Assembly: GCA_019828565.1 (NCBI GenBank)
Contig: JAHDYR010000067.1
Coordinates: 278,244 to 342,243, forward strand
Length of the DNA stretch: 64,000 nucleotides
Reading direction: 5' to 3'
Source: Carpediemonas membranifera BICM
Taxonomy: Eukaryota > Protista > Fornicata
The number at the start of each line of letters is the position of its first letter. Within the stretch, counting starts at the first letter, position 1. Shown piece by piece: positions 62,467-64,000 of the stretch. The notes under the pieces were generated by a model. It was not told the origin of the DNA. It did no database searches and worked only from the letters and a program-made list of their open reading frames with translations. The translations under genes were made by a program, and so were the position numbers.

Positions 62467-63154
62467 ATGGCAACAGATTATGCGCGCCATTGGTATACAA
62501 TGGCAGAAGTTGCTACACATAACACTCCAAGCGATTGCTATGTCACTATTTTTGGGAAAGTGCTGAATTTGACGACCCTTTTGTCCGAAAACCAGACAGC
62601 AGACGTCAAGCTCCTCATTGAAAACGCTGGAAGTGACATTTCGCACTGGTTTGACCAGTTTTCAGGCACAGTTTGTATCTCCAATCTCCCTAACACAGCT
62701 GAAGACGTACGTGGACCCCGCGTCCAACATTCGGACGTACCACCTTCCCATGGGGCCGCTGCTCCATGCCCCGCCCCTCCGACCCGGTACAGACATAGAC
62801 ATGTCGTTTGCAGCCACCGGCCCATGGTGGAGGAACAAGAAGTACGTCATCGGCGAGTTGTCCAAGAAGACCCGCAAGATCAAGCTTGTTAATACACTCA
62901 CTGGCCACGAGCATGTGCTGGAGGTGCCCTCTGAGGAGTCTGTGGGCGAGTCGATGACTAGGTACCTGGCGTTCAACAAGCACGCATTCTCATACGCGGC
63001 CAAACACGCGGGGAAGTTGATTGACCTTCAGAAGACTCTTGAGGATAACGGGGTTGTGGACGATGCGGCGGAGCTCGAGGAGCTGGGCATGAACCCCGAC
63101 GAGTATCTGCCCTGCATCCACCTGTACTGGATCGACGATCTGTCTGTAGCTTAA
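62467..63154 (+). CDS. CYB5D1: Cytochrome b5 domain-containing protein 1 (flagellar), intron 62671-62698
   Basis: EVATHN..DCYV...GKVLNLT, AGSDISHWFD, then PWW....IG.LS.KTR.I..VNTLT..EH.LEVPSEE, RYL.FN.HA.SY, IHLYWIDDL. Confidence 0.92.
62671..62698 (+). other. Spliceosomal intron, 28 nt (CYB5D1)
   Basis: GTTTGT...CCTAACACAG; removal restores the frame. Confidence 0.92.
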
Positions 63155-63405
63155 ACTTTTACCGTAAATACTCGCCGAAGCTGTGTTTATTTGATCGCGT
63201 TCGAGTGATGGTGTCGGGTTGGGCTGTCATTGGACGCTTCACTCGACACTGCGACTCAGGTCGGGTTATGGCGAACAGCTGGCTCGCTGAGGGCTTCAGG
63301 TGGTGTATATGTGGCTAGAGCCGCTCTGCTGTCATTCTGTGCTGCAGAATCACTCATGACGTCACCAAACGTCAGCACGGCTAATCTGCGTGTTACCCGC
63401 AAGGC

Positions 63406-64000
63406 ATGGCTTATATCCGCAATCACGCGGGTCTATTTGTTATTATCGCATGCATCACTCTTTGTGCGTGCACTACGATCCATAGTATTGACATCGGGGA
63501 CCATTCTTTCAGGATTGGCTATGTTAAGGGCCGCGAGCTCGATATCGTCCTTAACGAGCAGTCAAAGCGTAGCACACGAAGCGTGGTCTCAATGAAGAAC
63601 GGAATCCTCTCAGTTGGCGACGTTGTAGCCTACAACCGCTTCCCGACGAGCGGGATGATTGATTTCGTTGCCGACGCCGTGGATCCCACCGGCCACAGTC
63701 CAGAGGTCTCGGTGGCCGGCCTCGGAGAGCTCACCAAGGTCCACTTCCTCGCGGCCCTGATGTCGAAGGCCTCAGACATCGCCCAGGACCAGGAAGGCAT
63801 GCCGTCTTGCCTCATCGCACCGGCCACCGCCACACCAGCTCAGCGAGGCGCTCTCACTGCTATTGCTGAGACAGCAGGCGTCACTGTCACCGGTGTTATC
63901 TCCGAGCCGCTCGCTGTGGCCGTAGCATACGCCATGAAGCGGGAGTTCCTCAAACCCGAGCATGTCACCGTGTTCACCGTGGGCCACAGCCACACCGCAC
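63406..64000 (+). CDS. ER Hsp70-superfamily chaperone Grp170/HYOU1/Lhs1-like, partial (runs off the window)
   Basis: My translation: MAYIRNHAGLFVIIACITLCAC (signal-like), SIDIGDHSFRIG, DIVLNEQSKRST, QRGAL...AG.....ISEPLAVAVAY. Confidence 0.8.
   Translation, partial: MAYIRNHAGLFVIIACITLCACTTIHSIDIGDHSFRIGYVKGRELDIVLNEQSKRSTRSVVSMKNGILSVGDVVAYNRFPTSGMIDFVADAVDPTGHSPEVSVAGLGELTKVHFLAALMSKASDIAQDQEGMPSCLIAPATATPAQRGALTAIAETAGVTVTGVISEPLAVAVAYAMKREFLKPEHVTVFTVGHSHTA

Noticed and set aside
1-64000. tRNA, rRNA, snRNA genes and CRISPR arrays
   Set aside because: None were recognised by eye; divergent small RNAs could be missed without a covariance-model search.

Overview
Gene-dense eukaryotic DNA (standard genetic code, short intergenic gaps, about 33 genes) from an anaerobic flagellated protist. 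It is most consistent with a free-living metamonad such as Carpediemonas; this is inferred from an [FeFe]-hydrogenase with an organelle-type leader, flagellar genes, and tiny introns whose branch point is fused to the acceptor. Contents are mostly housekeeping genes (pelota, IMP3, CK2-beta, TRAPPC1, CCT7, TRM11, U1-C, VPS37, SRP68, RPS15A, RPP21, Hsp110, Grp170, SNF1-like kinase), metabolic genes (threonine synthase, acetoacetyl-CoA synthetase, TAM41, PI synthase, dihydropyrimidine dehydrogenase), and a 5143-aa surface protein built of 12 beta-propeller/Cys-rich modules. The top finding is a decayed Fanzor/TnpB-type RNA-guided nuclease remnant at about 7.7-8.45 kb. It is followed immediately by an 83-nt rod-like hairpin (candidate omegaRNA or element end) and bracketed by a 9-bp direct repeat. 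Also notable are ten 28-64-nt introns with unusual GTTTG donors and a fixed branch-point position, two of them hidden in frame without stops, and a strong strand switch in gene orientation at about 11.8 kb. All family assignments come from motif recognition by eye; no database search was run.
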